Source: Blastocatellia bacterium
Lineage (GTDB): Bacteria; Acidobacteriota; Blastocatellia; UBA7656
DNA length: 64,000 nt
Direction of reading: 5' to 3'
Assembly: GCA_963765495.1 (NCBI GenBank)
Contig: CAVXWP010000001.1
Coordinates: 462,628-526,627 of the forward strand
The notes beneath the pieces were generated by a model that was not told the origin of the DNA, searched no databases, and saw only the letters and a program-made list of their open reading frames with translations. Positions 18,274 through 27,427 of the stretch are shown here, one piece after another. Each line of letters starts with the position of its first letter. Within the stretch, counting starts at the first letter, position 1. The translations under genes and the position numbers were made by a program.

Positions 18274-21200
18274 TCAATTTCCTTCGGCCTCGCGCACCTG
18301 CGGCGAGTGCAACGGCTCGGTCGCCTGTTCAGGCTTGACCTCAATATCCGCCTCTTCCATTTGACCTAGCGGCTCGGTCTTCTTTTTGGATTCAGCAGAC
18401 TTTTTGGACTCGGTCGCTTTTTTAGACTCGCCCGTCTTTTTGGAATCGGTCGTCGCGGGGGCTTGCCTGAGCGCGTTGCCAAACTCTTCGGTCACCTGTT
18501 CGGTGCGTCGCGCCTGCTCGGCTTCGGTCACAGGTGGCCTCTGATCGGTTTCCGCCACATCATATTGTTGCGGGGCGCGTTGGCGCACGGCTATCGAATA
18601 CTCTTCGTTGGCCGCTTCAAGATCGCCCATCGAATAGAGCACGCGACCGAGGTCCTGATGCGCCTGCGCGTACTGACCCCCGCGTTGCTCTATCGCTGTG
18701 CGATAAGCCCGCACGGCCTCTTCCTGATTGCGGCTGCGAACATAAGCCAATCCCATCTGATAATTGGCTTCGGGATAGATGCCGTTTGATTGTTCGATGG
18801 CGGTCCCGTAAGCGTCAATCGCATCGGTTATTTCGCCCTTGCGCGCAAGCAGCAACCCTTTTTGAAAGTAAGCTTCGGGGAAAGTCCCGCCCTGTTGCTT
18901 TATGGCGCTTTCGAGTTCCTCCATAGCCTCGTTGTAATTGCCTGCGCGAATGAGTGCGCGGCCAAGTTCATAATGGGCGCGGGGAAAGACGCCGTTGCGC
19001 TGTTTTATCGCGATGCGGAATTCGCGAATAGCCTCGTCGCCGTGGCCCAGATCATAAAGGACACGGCCTAAATCGTGATGGGCCTCGGGAAAGACGGCCT
19101 GAGCCGTGGCAGCCCGAGTCGGAGCGGACGGAGTCGGAGCGGACGGAGGCGGCGAAGAGCCCAGTGTCTCTTCGCCTTCGTCCGAATCGCTGATCGATCC
19201 AAAAGATTCGGTGGTGAGCAGCGCCGTTCCGCCGTCGCCTATCACATGCGTCCCGGCGTCTCTCAACTGGTGGGTCTTTGCGAAATCTTCGCCCGAACGG
19301 ACCTCGCGTTGAGCAATCGCCATCTCGAATTCCTCGCGGGCTCGTTCGAGCGCGCCGCTTTCATAGAGTGCGCGGCCCAGATTGCGATGGGCTTCGGCAT
19401 CCATATTGCCGCGCAATTCGAGCGCGGTGCGAAATTCGGCTATGGCTTCGTCAAGCTGTCCGCGCCCGTAAAGTATCAACCCCAGATCGTGATGGGCGTT
19501 GGCCGCCCCGTCGCCTTGCGCGATAGCCTGATTGAGCGATTCGGCCGCGCGGTCGAGGTTGCCGAGCCTGGCCATAGCGTTTCCTAAATTACGATACGCA
19601 TCGGGGAAGTTGCCCCGCTGCTGCTCGATGGCCGTTTCGTATGCGCGGACGGATTCTTCTATCTCGCCGCGCGCATACAGGGCATTGCCTAGATTGTAAT
19701 GGGCTTCGGCGTAACGTCCTCCGCGCTGTTCTATCGCGGTGCGATAGGCGGTGACGGCTTCATTCATTTCGCCCAGATCATAGAGCGCGACGCCCAGATT
19801 GTGCCACGCGGACGGGAAGCTCTCGCCAAGCTCTTTAGTCGCGCGTTTGAGGCTGATTACAGCCTCTTCGAGCGCGCCGCCCTCATACAGAGCAAGCCCC
19901 AGATCGTGATGCGCCACGGCATAAGAAGGGCGCTCGTTGATGGCGGCGCGATAAGAATTGATCGCGCCGTCAAGGTCGCCCATATCATAGAGCACGCGAC
20001 CAAGATCGCGGTGCGCTTCGGCGATCTTCGGGTCGGCGGCAAGCGCTGCCTGTAAAGCATCGCACGCCTGATCGAGGTCCCCCATCTCGTAAAGCGCGCG
20101 ACCAAGCATGTAATGAGCCTCGGGGAATTCCGAGCCGTGCTGGGTGATGACGTGTTCGCACGCCTCTACGGATTCGGAGAGGTCGCCGTGATCGTAGAGC
20201 GAACGGGCCAGATCGAGATAGGCGGCCGGGAAATCGGGTTGCTGCTCTACGGCGCGGCGCAACTCAAGAATGGATTCGTCAAGCTGGCCCGACCTGTAAA
20301 GAGCGATTCCCAGATAGTGGTGCGCCCACGGCATGTCATCGTTGAGCGCAAGCGCGCGGCGGAATTCCGCGATTGCTTCCTGGGTGGCCGAAGACTCAAG
20401 CAACGCAGCCCCAAGGCTGTAATGCGCCGCCGGGAAGACTTCGTTTTCAGAGATAGCGGCCCGGTAGGAATCTATCGCCTTGTCGAGCGCGCCCGTGCGC
20501 GCATAAGCGAGACCGAGACTGTAATGCGCCTCCGGGTACGGGGCTTCGCGGGTCTCAATCGCGGAGCGGTATGACATTATGGCAGAAGCCACATCGCCTT
20601 TCGCGTTATAAGCGGTGCCGAGCCAGAAATGCGCGTCGGCAAATTCGGCGGCCTGCTCTATAGCCATGCGTTGCGCGCCTATGGATTCGTCGAGCTGCCC
20701 CTTGCTGAAATAGGCAAGGCCAAGATCGTGATAGGCTTCGGCGAATTCGCCGTCGCGTTGATCTATGGCTGTGCGCAGCGATTGTATAGCGCCTTCGAGA
20801 TCGCCTACGCGATAGAGCGCGCGGCCCAGATTGCGATAAGAACGCGGGAAGACGGGCTGCTGTTTTATCGACTCGCGGAACTCTTTTGTGGCCTCTTCGA
20901 AGCGTTCCAGATCGAAAAATACGAGCCCGAGGTTGTGGTGAGCCTTGGCAAACTCTCCGCCGCGCTGTTCTATGGCCGACTGGAATGTCTTGACCGCTTC
21001 TTCAAGTTCGCCGCTGCGATAATGGGCGAGGCCAAGATCGTGATAGGCTTCGGGGAAATTCTCGTTCTGCGAGATAGCCGTCTTGAATGATTTGATCGCG
21101 AGGTCAAGTTTCTGCTCGGCCGAATATATGCGCCCAAGCTCGTAATGAGCATCGGGGTAGCTGCCTCCGCGCAGGCTGATTGCCGCGCCGAACTGCTCGG

Positions 21201-22215
21201 CGGCGCTCGCGGCATCTCCCAGATCATAGAGCGCAAGCCCCAGATTGTAATGAGCGCGCGGATAGCGTTGATTCTGCTCTATGGCGCTGCGATAGGCTTC
21301 AACCGCTTCGCGCAGATCGCCCCGGCGCGCAAGCGCCTGCCCCAGATTGTGATAAGCCCACGGGAAATCCGGCCTCTGTTGAATGGCGGAGCGGTACTCG
21401 TCAATGGCTCCCTGAAGATCTCCCTGCCGGGCAAGCGCGCGGCCAAGTTCGTGATGCGCGTCCGGGTAAAGCGGCTGCGCTTCGAGCGCGGAACGAAGCT
21501 CTGTGATCGCCTCGTCCAGATGGCCCAGACCGTAAAGCGCCCGCCCAAGCTCCAGATGGGCCTGCGGGAAACGCGCGCGCTGCTGCTCGATTGCCGCGCG
21601 AAAGGCCTCGACCGCGCCCTTGAGGTCGCCCATCGCCATAAGCACGCGACCAAGCTCGAACTGTGTATCGGGATAGCTGCCGTGCCGCTGATCAATCGCC
21701 TTGCGAAGCGCCGAAGCCGCGCGGTCAAGGTCGCCCTTGCGGGCAAGCGTTATGCCGAGGTTATGCCACGCCTTTGGAAACTCGCCGTTGCGCTGTTCTA
21801 TGGCCTGATTGAAGGCCGCAGCCGCTTCGTCAAATTCGCCCCGTCTGAGCAAAGCTATTCCGAGATTATGATAGGCCCACGGATGATTGCCGCCGCGTTG
21901 CTCTATAGCCTTGCGATACGAATCCACGGCTTCGGCGTATTCGCCCCGCCGCGCCAGTGTCAGCCCCAGGCTGTAATAGGCATCCGGGTTTTCAGGTTGC
22001 TGATTGATCGAAGTGCGAAACGATTCGATGGCCCCATCAACATCACCCATGTCGAGCAGCGCCCGAGCAAGCTGATAATGAGCGCGAGGAAAATTGTCTT
22101 CGCGCATCTTTATGGCCATTCGATAACTGTTTATCGCTTCATCGAGCCAGCCTTTGTTGTAAAATACGAGACCCTTATCCAGGTATTGCTGCGCGGTACT
22201 CAAAGAGCCTGTCAT
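18274..22215 (-). CDS. Giant tetratricopeptide-repeat protein (~35 TPR units) with Lys-rich C-terminal tail
   Basis: A 1313-aa protein of highly regular 34-aa repeats (A[HY]xxLGxALxxxGxxxEAxxxxxxAIEQ). It has a Pro/Ser/Thr-rich linker (SSPPPSAPTPSAPT) and an (ESKK)n tail. The many antisense ORFs here are repeat artefacts. Confidence 0.85.
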   Translation of the reverse strand: MTGSLSTAQQYLDKGLVFYNKGWLDEAINSYRMAIKMREDNFPRAHYQLARALLDMGDVDGAIESFRTSINQQPENPDAYYSLGLTLARRGEYAEAVDSYRKAIEQRGGNHPWAYHNLGIALLRRGEFDEAAAAFNQAIEQRNGEFPKAWHNLGITLARKGDLDRAASALRKAIDQRHGSYPDTQFELGRVLMAMGDLKGAVEAFRAAIEQQRARFPQAHLELGRALYGLGHLDEAITELRSALEAQPLYPDAHHELGRALARQGDLQGAIDEYRSAIQQRPDFPWAYHNLGQALARRGDLREAVEAYRSAIEQNQRYPRAHYNLGLALYDLGDAASAAEQFGAAISLRGGSYPDAHYELGRIYSAEQKLDLAIKSFKTAISQNENFPEAYHDLGLAHYRSGELEEAVKTFQSAIEQRGGEFAKAHHNLGLVFFDLERFEEATKEFRESIKQQPVFPRSYRNLGRALYRVGDLEGAIQSLRTAIDQRDGEFAEAYHDLGLAYFSKGQLDESIGAQRMAIEQAAEFADAHFWLGTAYNAKGDVASAIMSYRSAIETREAPYPEAHYSLGLAYARTGALDKAIDSYRAAISENEVFPAAHYSLGAALLESSATQEAIAEFRRALALNDDMPWAHHYLGIALYRSGQLDESILELRRAVEQQPDFPAAYLDLARSLYDHGDLSESVEACEHVITQHGSEFPEAHYMLGRALYEMGDLDQACDALQAALAADPKIAEAHRDLGRVLYDMGDLDGAINSYRAAINERPSYAVAHHDLGLALYEGGALEEAVISLKRATKELGESFPSAWHNLGVALYDLGEMNEAVTAYRTAIEQRGGRYAEAHYNLGNALYARGEIEESVRAYETAIEQQRGNFPDAYRNLGNAMARLGNLDRAAESLNQAIAQGDGAANAHHDLGLILYGRGQLDEAIAEFRTALELRGNMDAEAHRNLGRALYESGALERAREEFEMAIAQREVRSGEDFAKTHQLRDAGTHVIGDGGTALLTTESFGSISDSDEGEETLGSSPPPSAPTPSAPTRAATAQAVFPEAHHDLGRVLYDLGHGDEAIREFRIAIKQRNGVFPRAHYELGRALIRAGNYNEAMEELESAIKQQGGTFPEAYFQKGLLLARKGEITDAIDAYGTAIEQSNGIYPEANYQMGLAYVRSRNQEEAVRAYRTAIEQRGGQYAQAHQDLGRVLYSMGDLEAANEEYSIAVRQRAPQQYDVAETDQRPPVTEAEQARRTEQVTEEFGNALRQAPATTDSKKTGESKKATESKKSAESKKKTEPLGQMEEADIEVKPEQATEPLHSPQVREAEGN

Positions 22216-22554
22216 AATATTGAAACCCCTCGTTAAATCAGAAAAAGTGGTTGCCTGATAATATCACGCGACAGCCGGACACAAAAAGTGGGGAGAGATG
22301 AGCTTGCAAGGGATGAGGTAGGATGAGATACCTCCGGGCCTGCCGCCTATACTATTCGAGCCGACGCGGCTCTATTATTACACCAGCGCAAAGAGTTTTA
22401 TCAAGCAGTACATGGCCAATCGATTTATCGGGAAGTGCTTTGAGCCGAAGGAGCAGCTTTCTTTGAGACCCGGCCTATTCCCATTTGCTTTCGGCTCAAA
22501 GTGATATTCAACACTGTTTATGTCGAATGCCGACGGATCAAAATTGAATAACTC

Positions 22555-23445
22555 TTACTCGGAAGCGGGCGCGGTTTCGATGAGCATATCAATAAATCGG
22601 CGTGCGGCGGCGGTAAAGACTTTGCCCTTGCGATGGATGATGCCGATGGGGCGAGTGAAATTACGCGTAAAATTGACTGCGCTCAGGGTTCCGGAGCGAA
22701 GCTCGTTTTCGACCGTGGCTCGCGGGACTATCGTAACACCGAGATCGGCCTCGACCGAGCGTTTTATCGTCTCAATGTTATCAAACTCCATAACGTATTG
22801 AACGGTTGTATCGTAGGAGCGGAGTATCTTATCGACGGCCTTACGAGTAGGAATATCGCGCTCGAATCCTATAAACCGCTGCCCGCCGAGCGCGTTGATG
22901 TCAATCCGTTTGCGCGAAGAGAATTCGTGATCGGGGCTGCATACGAGCACAAGCCGGTCGCTGCGAAAAGGGATGATCTCGATCTGAGGCCGCGCCGCAG
23001 GGTAAGCGACTATGCCCATGTCAACGGAGCTTGCAATCACATCTTCATAGATCTTATTTGTGCGGCTGTATTCGATATGGATGTTGACCTGCGGGTATGA
23101 TTTGATAAAGCGTTTCAGCAGGGGCGACAACTCGTGAAGCCCGACCGAATAAATAGTCGCCACGCGAACCTGTCCGCCCACAACATTGCCGAGCCCCTGA
23201 ACCTCTTCGGTCAGGTTGTCGAACCGCTCGATGATCTCGCGGCACCCCTGATAAAATGCCAGCCCGGCAGAGGTAGGAACCAGCCCGCCCCGGCTTCTTT
23301 CGACCAGCTTGCGTCCGAACCGTTCTTCGAGGCCGCGCACCTGCTGGCTGACGGCCGATTGCGATACGAAATTCATGCTCGCCGCTTTTGAGAAACTGCG
23401 CGTCTCTATCAAATCGCAGAAGACTTTCAAGGATTCGATGTGCAT
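22555..23445 (-). CDS. LysR-family transcriptional regulator
   Basis: N-terminal HTH (LKVFCDLIETRSFSKAASMNFVSQSAVSQQVRGLEERFG) and a LysR substrate-binding domain. It is divergent from the GH42 gene. Confidence 0.85.
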   Translation of the reverse strand: MHIESLKVFCDLIETRSFSKAASMNFVSQSAVSQQVRGLEERFGRKLVERSRGGLVPTSAGLAFYQGCREIIERFDNLTEEVQGLGNVVGGQVRVATIYSVGLHELSPLLKRFIKSYPQVNIHIEYSRTNKIYEDVIASSVDMGIVAYPAARPQIEIIPFRSDRLVLVCSPDHEFSSRKRIDINALGGQRFIGFERDIPTRKAVDKILRSYDTTVQYVMEFDNIETIKRSVEADLGVTIVPRATVENELRSGTLSAVNFTRNFTRPIGIIHRKGKVFTAAARRFIDMLIETAPASE

Positions 23446-23569
23446 AACAGAGCCTTATCCTGCATCTCGGTGCCGCTCGACTTACTTATAGCATATCTCA
23501 TCAGCGGGCAGTAAGCCTTGCTCTTTCATCCGAGCGCCAATAGTTTATACTCGATGCGTAAAAAACTTA

Positions 23570-23622
23570 GACAGGATTAACAAGATTTTCTTTTAATCTT
23601 TTTGATTCTTGTTAATCCTGTC
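23570..23622. repeat. Palindromic intergenic repeat, family B copy
   Basis: gacaggattaacaagatttt...aatcttgttaatcctgtc in the LysR/GH42 divergent spacer. Confidence 0.8.
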
Positions 23623-23646
23623 AAAAAAATCCACTGGAGGACGTGA

Positions 23647-25755
23647 ATGAACAGGCCCATCAGGTACATTGTACCGCTCTTGCTCGCGTTTATCGCCAAC
23701 GGAATTTCGCTTACCGCTCTGGCATCAACACCAACTAATGAGGCGGCAACGCGGTTCTTCCCGGCAAAGGATTTGATGAGGATAGGCGTTTACTACTATC
23801 CCGAACACTGGCCCGCCGAGCAATGGGACCGCGACTTCGCAAAGATGGAAGCGATGGGATTTGAGTTTGTCCACATGGCGGAATTTGCCTGGGCATTCAT
23901 GGAACCGGAAGAAGGCAAGTTCGATTTCGCGTGGCTCGACCGGGCGGTAGAACTGGCCGCGCGCCATCACCTGCGCGTTATTCTTTGCACCCCGACTCCC
24001 TGTCCTCCCGCCTGGATGGCTGAAAAATACCCCGAGACTTTTCTTGTAGGCACAGACGGGCGGCGCAGGGAACACGGCTCGCGCGGCAACAACGCGCTTG
24101 CCGACCCTACTTATCTGCGGTTGAGCCAGCGCGTGATCACCGAGATGGCCCGCCGCTATGGTCGAAACCCTGCGGTCTGGGGCTGGCAGTTGGATAACGA
24201 GCCGATTGCTCAGCCCGATTACAGCCCTTCGTCCGAGCAGGCGTTCCGCAAATGGCTCGAAGCCCGCTACAAAACCATCGATGTGCTGAACCGCGAATGG
24301 GGGGCGGCTTTCTGGAGCCTGAAATACAACAGCTTTGATCAGATACGCATTCCCAACCCGACTATGCTTTACGGTCCGAGCCCGCACGCCATCCTGGATT
24401 TCCGCCGCTTCACGGCTGACCAGACGGCGCGGTTTTTGAACTGGCAGGCCGGTCTGCTTCGCCGCGACACCGCGCCCGCTCAATGGATCACGACAAACTA
24501 CATATCCAACATAGGCAGTGCCGACCCGCGCCGTTCGGATGCGCTCGACTTTATCTCTTTCACGATCTACCCGGTCAGCGGCGGCCACAATCTGGGCGAA
24601 GACGGATTCCGGCTCGGGTGGCAGGACGGAATCGCTTTCGCCGGACCTTTCTACAAACACATCAAAGGAGCTACGGGCGTGATGGAGTTGCAGCCCGGTC
24701 AGGTGAACTGGGCGTGGGTCAATCCGCAGCCTATGCCCGGAGTCGTGCGTATGTGGCTCTGGCACGCCTTTGCCGCCGGGTGTTCTTTCGCCTCTCCTTA
24801 CCGCTTCCGCCAGCCGCTCTACGGCAGCGAGCAATATCATTACGGCATAGTTGGTACGGATGGAGTGACGCCCTCGCCGGGCGGTCTGGAGTATCAGCAG
24901 GTAGCGCGTGAAATGGCTATGCTGCGGACGAAATACGATGCGGCCCGAAAGCCTCCGGCTGATTATCTTGCGCGCCGGACGGCCATCCTCTGGAATCACG
25001 AAAACCTCTGGAACATAGATCAGCAAAAACAGAGCGGCATGTGGGATACGTGGGGGCACATGTTCCGCTATCTGGAAAGCGCCCGATCCCTTGGCGCGCC
25101 GGTCGATTTCCCCTCTGAATCGGATGACTTTTCGGACTATCCGGTGTTGATAGCCCCGGCCTACCAGTTGATAGATGAAGAACTGGTTCGCAAGTGGACA
25201 AGGTATGTTGAGCAGGGCGGCCACCTCGTGCTGACCTGCCGCACGGGACAGAAGAAGCGCAACGGTCAGTTGTGGGAAGCGAAATGGGCCGAGCCTATTT
25301 ATCCGTTGATCGGCGCTGAGATCTCCTTCTTCGATCTTCTGCTGAATGACGGCAAGGGAGAGGTCACGATGAATTCCGCCACTTACCCGTGGAATGTCTG
25401 GGGCGAGGTTTTGAAACCGATGGCAGGTACGGAGGCGGTTGCCACCTATTCAAATCAATTCTACGCGGGACAGACGGCGGTGACATATCACCGCCTCGGC
25501 AAAGGCAGCGTCACATATATCGGCGTGCACACAAAAGATGGAAGGCTCGAAAAAGAGGTGCTGCGCGAGGTCTATAAACGGGCCGGAATCGGTGTAGAAG
25601 ACTACCCGGAAGGCGTTTATGTAGACTGGCGCGACGGCTTCTGGGTCGGAGTGAATTATTCTTCGAGCCCTGCGGAAATCAAGCTGCCCGATAAGGCCGA
25701 AATTCTATTTGGAAGCCGGACCTTGAAACCCGCAGACGTGCTTGTGTGGAGATAA
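23647..25755 (+). CDS. Beta-galactosidase, glycoside hydrolase family 42, with predicted signal peptide
   Basis: GH42 hallmarks (YYYPEHWP...W..DF..M...GF, LDNEP acid/base region, A4 trimerisation-like C-domain). The N-terminal 27 aa look like a signal peptide. Confidence 0.8.
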   Translation: MNRPIRYIVPLLLAFIANGISLTALASTPTNEAATRFFPAKDLMRIGVYYYPEHWPAEQWDRDFAKMEAMGFEFVHMAEFAWAFMEPEEGKFDFAWLDRAVELAARHHLRVILCTPTPCPPAWMAEKYPETFLVGTDGRRREHGSRGNNALADPTYLRLSQRVITEMARRYGRNPAVWGWQLDNEPIAQPDYSPSSEQAFRKWLEARYKTIDVLNREWGAAFWSLKYNSFDQIRIPNPTMLYGPSPHAILDFRRFTADQTARFLNWQAGLLRRDTAPAQWITTNYISNIGSADPRRSDALDFISFTIYPVSGGHNLGEDGFRLGWQDGIAFAGPFYKHIKGATGVMELQPGQVNWAWVNPQPMPGVVRMWLWHAFAAGCSFASPYRFRQPLYGSEQYHYGIVGTDGVTPSPGGLEYQQVAREMAMLRTKYDAARKPPADYLARRTAILWNHENLWNIDQQKQSGMWDTWGHMFRYLESARSLGAPVDFPSESDDFSDYPVLIAPAYQLIDEELVRKWTRYVEQGGHLVLTCRTGQKKRNGQLWEAKWAEPIYPLIGAEISFFDLLLNDGKGEVTMNSATYPWNVWGEVLKPMAGTEAVATYSNQFYAGQTAVTYHRLGKGSVTYIGVHTKDGRLEKEVLREVYKRAGIGVEDYPEGVYVDWRDGFWVGVNYSSSPAEIKLPDKAEILFGSRTLKPADVLVWR

Positions 25756-25786
25756 GGCAGCCCGCCAACGGCAGAAAAGCAAGTTG

Positions 25787-25890
25787 AAATAGGCCGGGAC
25801 GGACGCGGATCGGGCGGATATACGCGGATCTGAAACCATATGATCTGATCCGCGTTGATCCGCCTAAATCCGCGTCCGTCCCGGCCTATT
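25787..25890. repeat. REP/MITE-like palindromic element, family A copy (AATAGGCCGGGACGGACGCGGAT...ATCCGCGTCCGTCCCGGCCTATT)
   Basis: A roughly 100-bp element with 24-bp terminal inverted repeats. Copies lie at 30338, 32799 and 42379, with a solo stem at 46222. Confidence 0.85.
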
Positions 25891-26009
25891 GCCCTTCTCC
25901 AATCCATGCACTTTGAATTAACGCCTGCACATTCGCCCGCCGCGTTGACTTGGCGAGAGAAAGTTTATAACGTGATTTATGGGGACGTTCTTGAATTGAA
26001 AGGATGAGA

Positions 26010-26933
26010 ATGAAGATAGGCATATCGCTTCCGCAACTGGGGCCGCAGGCTTCGCCGGAAAATCTGATCCGCGTGGCCGAACGAGCCGAACAACTTGGAT
26101 ACGATTCCGTCTGGGTGCTCGAACGCTTGATGGTTCCGCTCAACCCGCAGGAACCTTATCCCGCATCACCCGACGGGAAACTACCCGATACTTACAAGAT
26201 AGTCTTTGATCCGATTGAAACGCTCACCTTCGTCGCCGCCCGCACAAGCAAAGTGCGGCTCGGCACAAGCGTACTAGTTTTGCCTTACCACACGCCGATT
26301 GAGCTTGCGCGAAGGCTTGCCACACTCGATGTGCTTTCAAACGGGCGCGTCTCGGTAGGCGTGGGCGCAGGCTGGTCGCACGATGAATTTGAGGCCGTGG
26401 GAACTCCCTTTAATCGGCGCGGTGCGCGCAGCGACGAATTTCTTCAAGCGATGATCGACCTCTGGACCGATGACCCCGTGAAATTCGACGGCGAGTTTTA
26501 TCACGTCGCCGAAGCTTACGTAGGCCCAAAGCCCGTTCAAAAACCGCATCCGCCAATCTACGTGGCAGGCTTTGGCGATTTCGCGCTCAAGCGCGCAGTC
26601 AGGTACGGGAATGGCTGGAACCCTTCCGGCGTTCCAAATTTCGAATGGTTTGAAGCGATGCTCAAACAGCTTTACGAGATCGCCGGGCGCGAAGGGCGCG
26701 AGACGCCCGAAGTCGTGGTGCGCGCGTTTACTCTTGTGCTCGACAAGGCAGCGGGCGAAGGTCGCGGAGTCACTATGGGCAGCCTCGACGAGATCAAGCA
26801 GGACATAGGGCGTATGCGCGACCTCGGAGTGACCGAATTGATCCACTCCCCGCCTGAAATCGGTTTCACCGATTCGCCCGACATCGAGCCGGGCCTGGCG
26901 CTGATGGAACGGTTGATTGAAATCTCGCGTTAA
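26010..26933 (+). CDS. LLM-class (luciferase-like) flavin/F420-dependent oxidoreductase
   Basis: Start MKIGISLPQLGP..., a TIM-barrel LLM signature (DSVWVLERL..., GTSVLVLPYHTPIELAR), and F420 biosynthesis genes immediately downstream. Confidence 0.7.
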   Translation: MKIGISLPQLGPQASPENLIRVAERAEQLGYDSVWVLERLMVPLNPQEPYPASPDGKLPDTYKIVFDPIETLTFVAARTSKVRLGTSVLVLPYHTPIELARRLATLDVLSNGRVSVGVGAGWSHDEFEAVGTPFNRRGARSDEFLQAMIDLWTDDPVKFDGEFYHVAEAYVGPKPVQKPHPPIYVAGFGDFALKRAVRYGNGWNPSGVPNFEWFEAMLKQLYEIAGREGRETPEVVVRAFTLVLDKAAGEGRGVTMGSLDEIKQDIGRMRDLGVTELIHSPPEIGFTDSPDIEPGLALMERLIEISR

Positions 26934-26937
26934 GAAT

Positions 26938-26985
26938 TACAGGACAGGAATCACAGGACAGGAATCACAGGGCAGGAGTCGCAGG
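26938..26985. repeat. Tandem 13-nt repeat (cacaggacaggaat x ~3)
   Basis: Direct tandem copies in the spacer between the LLM and PPOX genes. Confidence 0.7.
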
Positions 26986-26996
26986 CGGCGCTCGAT

Positions 26997-27425
26997 ATGG
27001 ATGATAGAGTGCGAGAGTTTATAAGCAGTCACGCGGTTGCGCGGCTTGCAACCGTGGACGGCGACGGGCGGCCTACGGTCATACCCCTCTGCTTTGTGCT
27101 TGACGGCGATCACATCTATTCGCCTGTTGACGAGAAGCCGAAATCCGTAGCCCCCGCCCGGCTCAAGCGCGTTCGCAACATAGAGGCGAATCCGCACGTC
27201 TCGCTTGTGATAGACGACTATTCGGAAGACTGGAGCCAGCTTGCTTATGTGCTCGTAGGCGGGCTGGCCGAGATCGTCAAGCCTGAGGATAACCCCACCG
27301 AGCGCGAGCGCGTCATCCGGCTGCTGCGCGACAAGTACACGCAGTATCGCTCGATGGCGCTCGAAAATCGGTTGCTGATAAAGATCACACCCATCAGAAT
27401 AAAACAATGGAGCGCTCAACGGTAA
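26997..27425 (+). CDS. PPOX-class probable F420-dependent enzyme (pyridoxamine 5'-phosphate oxidase fold)
   Basis: MDDRVREFISSHAVARLATVDGDGRPTVIPLCFVLDGDHIY is the classic split-barrel N-terminus. Confidence 0.7.
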   Translation: MDDRVREFISSHAVARLATVDGDGRPTVIPLCFVLDGDHIYSPVDEKPKSVAPARLKRVRNIEANPHVSLVIDDYSEDWSQLAYVLVGGLAEIVKPEDNPTERERVIRLLRDKYTQYRSMALENRLLIKITPIRIKQWSAQR

Positions 27426-27427
27426 AA

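Noticed and set aside
18274-22215. Dozens of 80-360-aa ORFs on both strands inside the TPR gene (and similar antisense ORFs inside polA, the S8 peptidase and the GH42 gene)
   Set aside because: They are high-GC, repeat-driven open frames antisense to or out of frame with well-supported long genes, and they lack starts with RBS.
22428-22490. 11-bp perfect inverted repeat tttgagccgaa...ttcggctcaaa downstream of the LysR gene as a terminator
   Set aside because: The loop is about 40 nt and there is no adjacent T-tract, so this is not a classical intrinsic terminator. It may be another repeat remnant.
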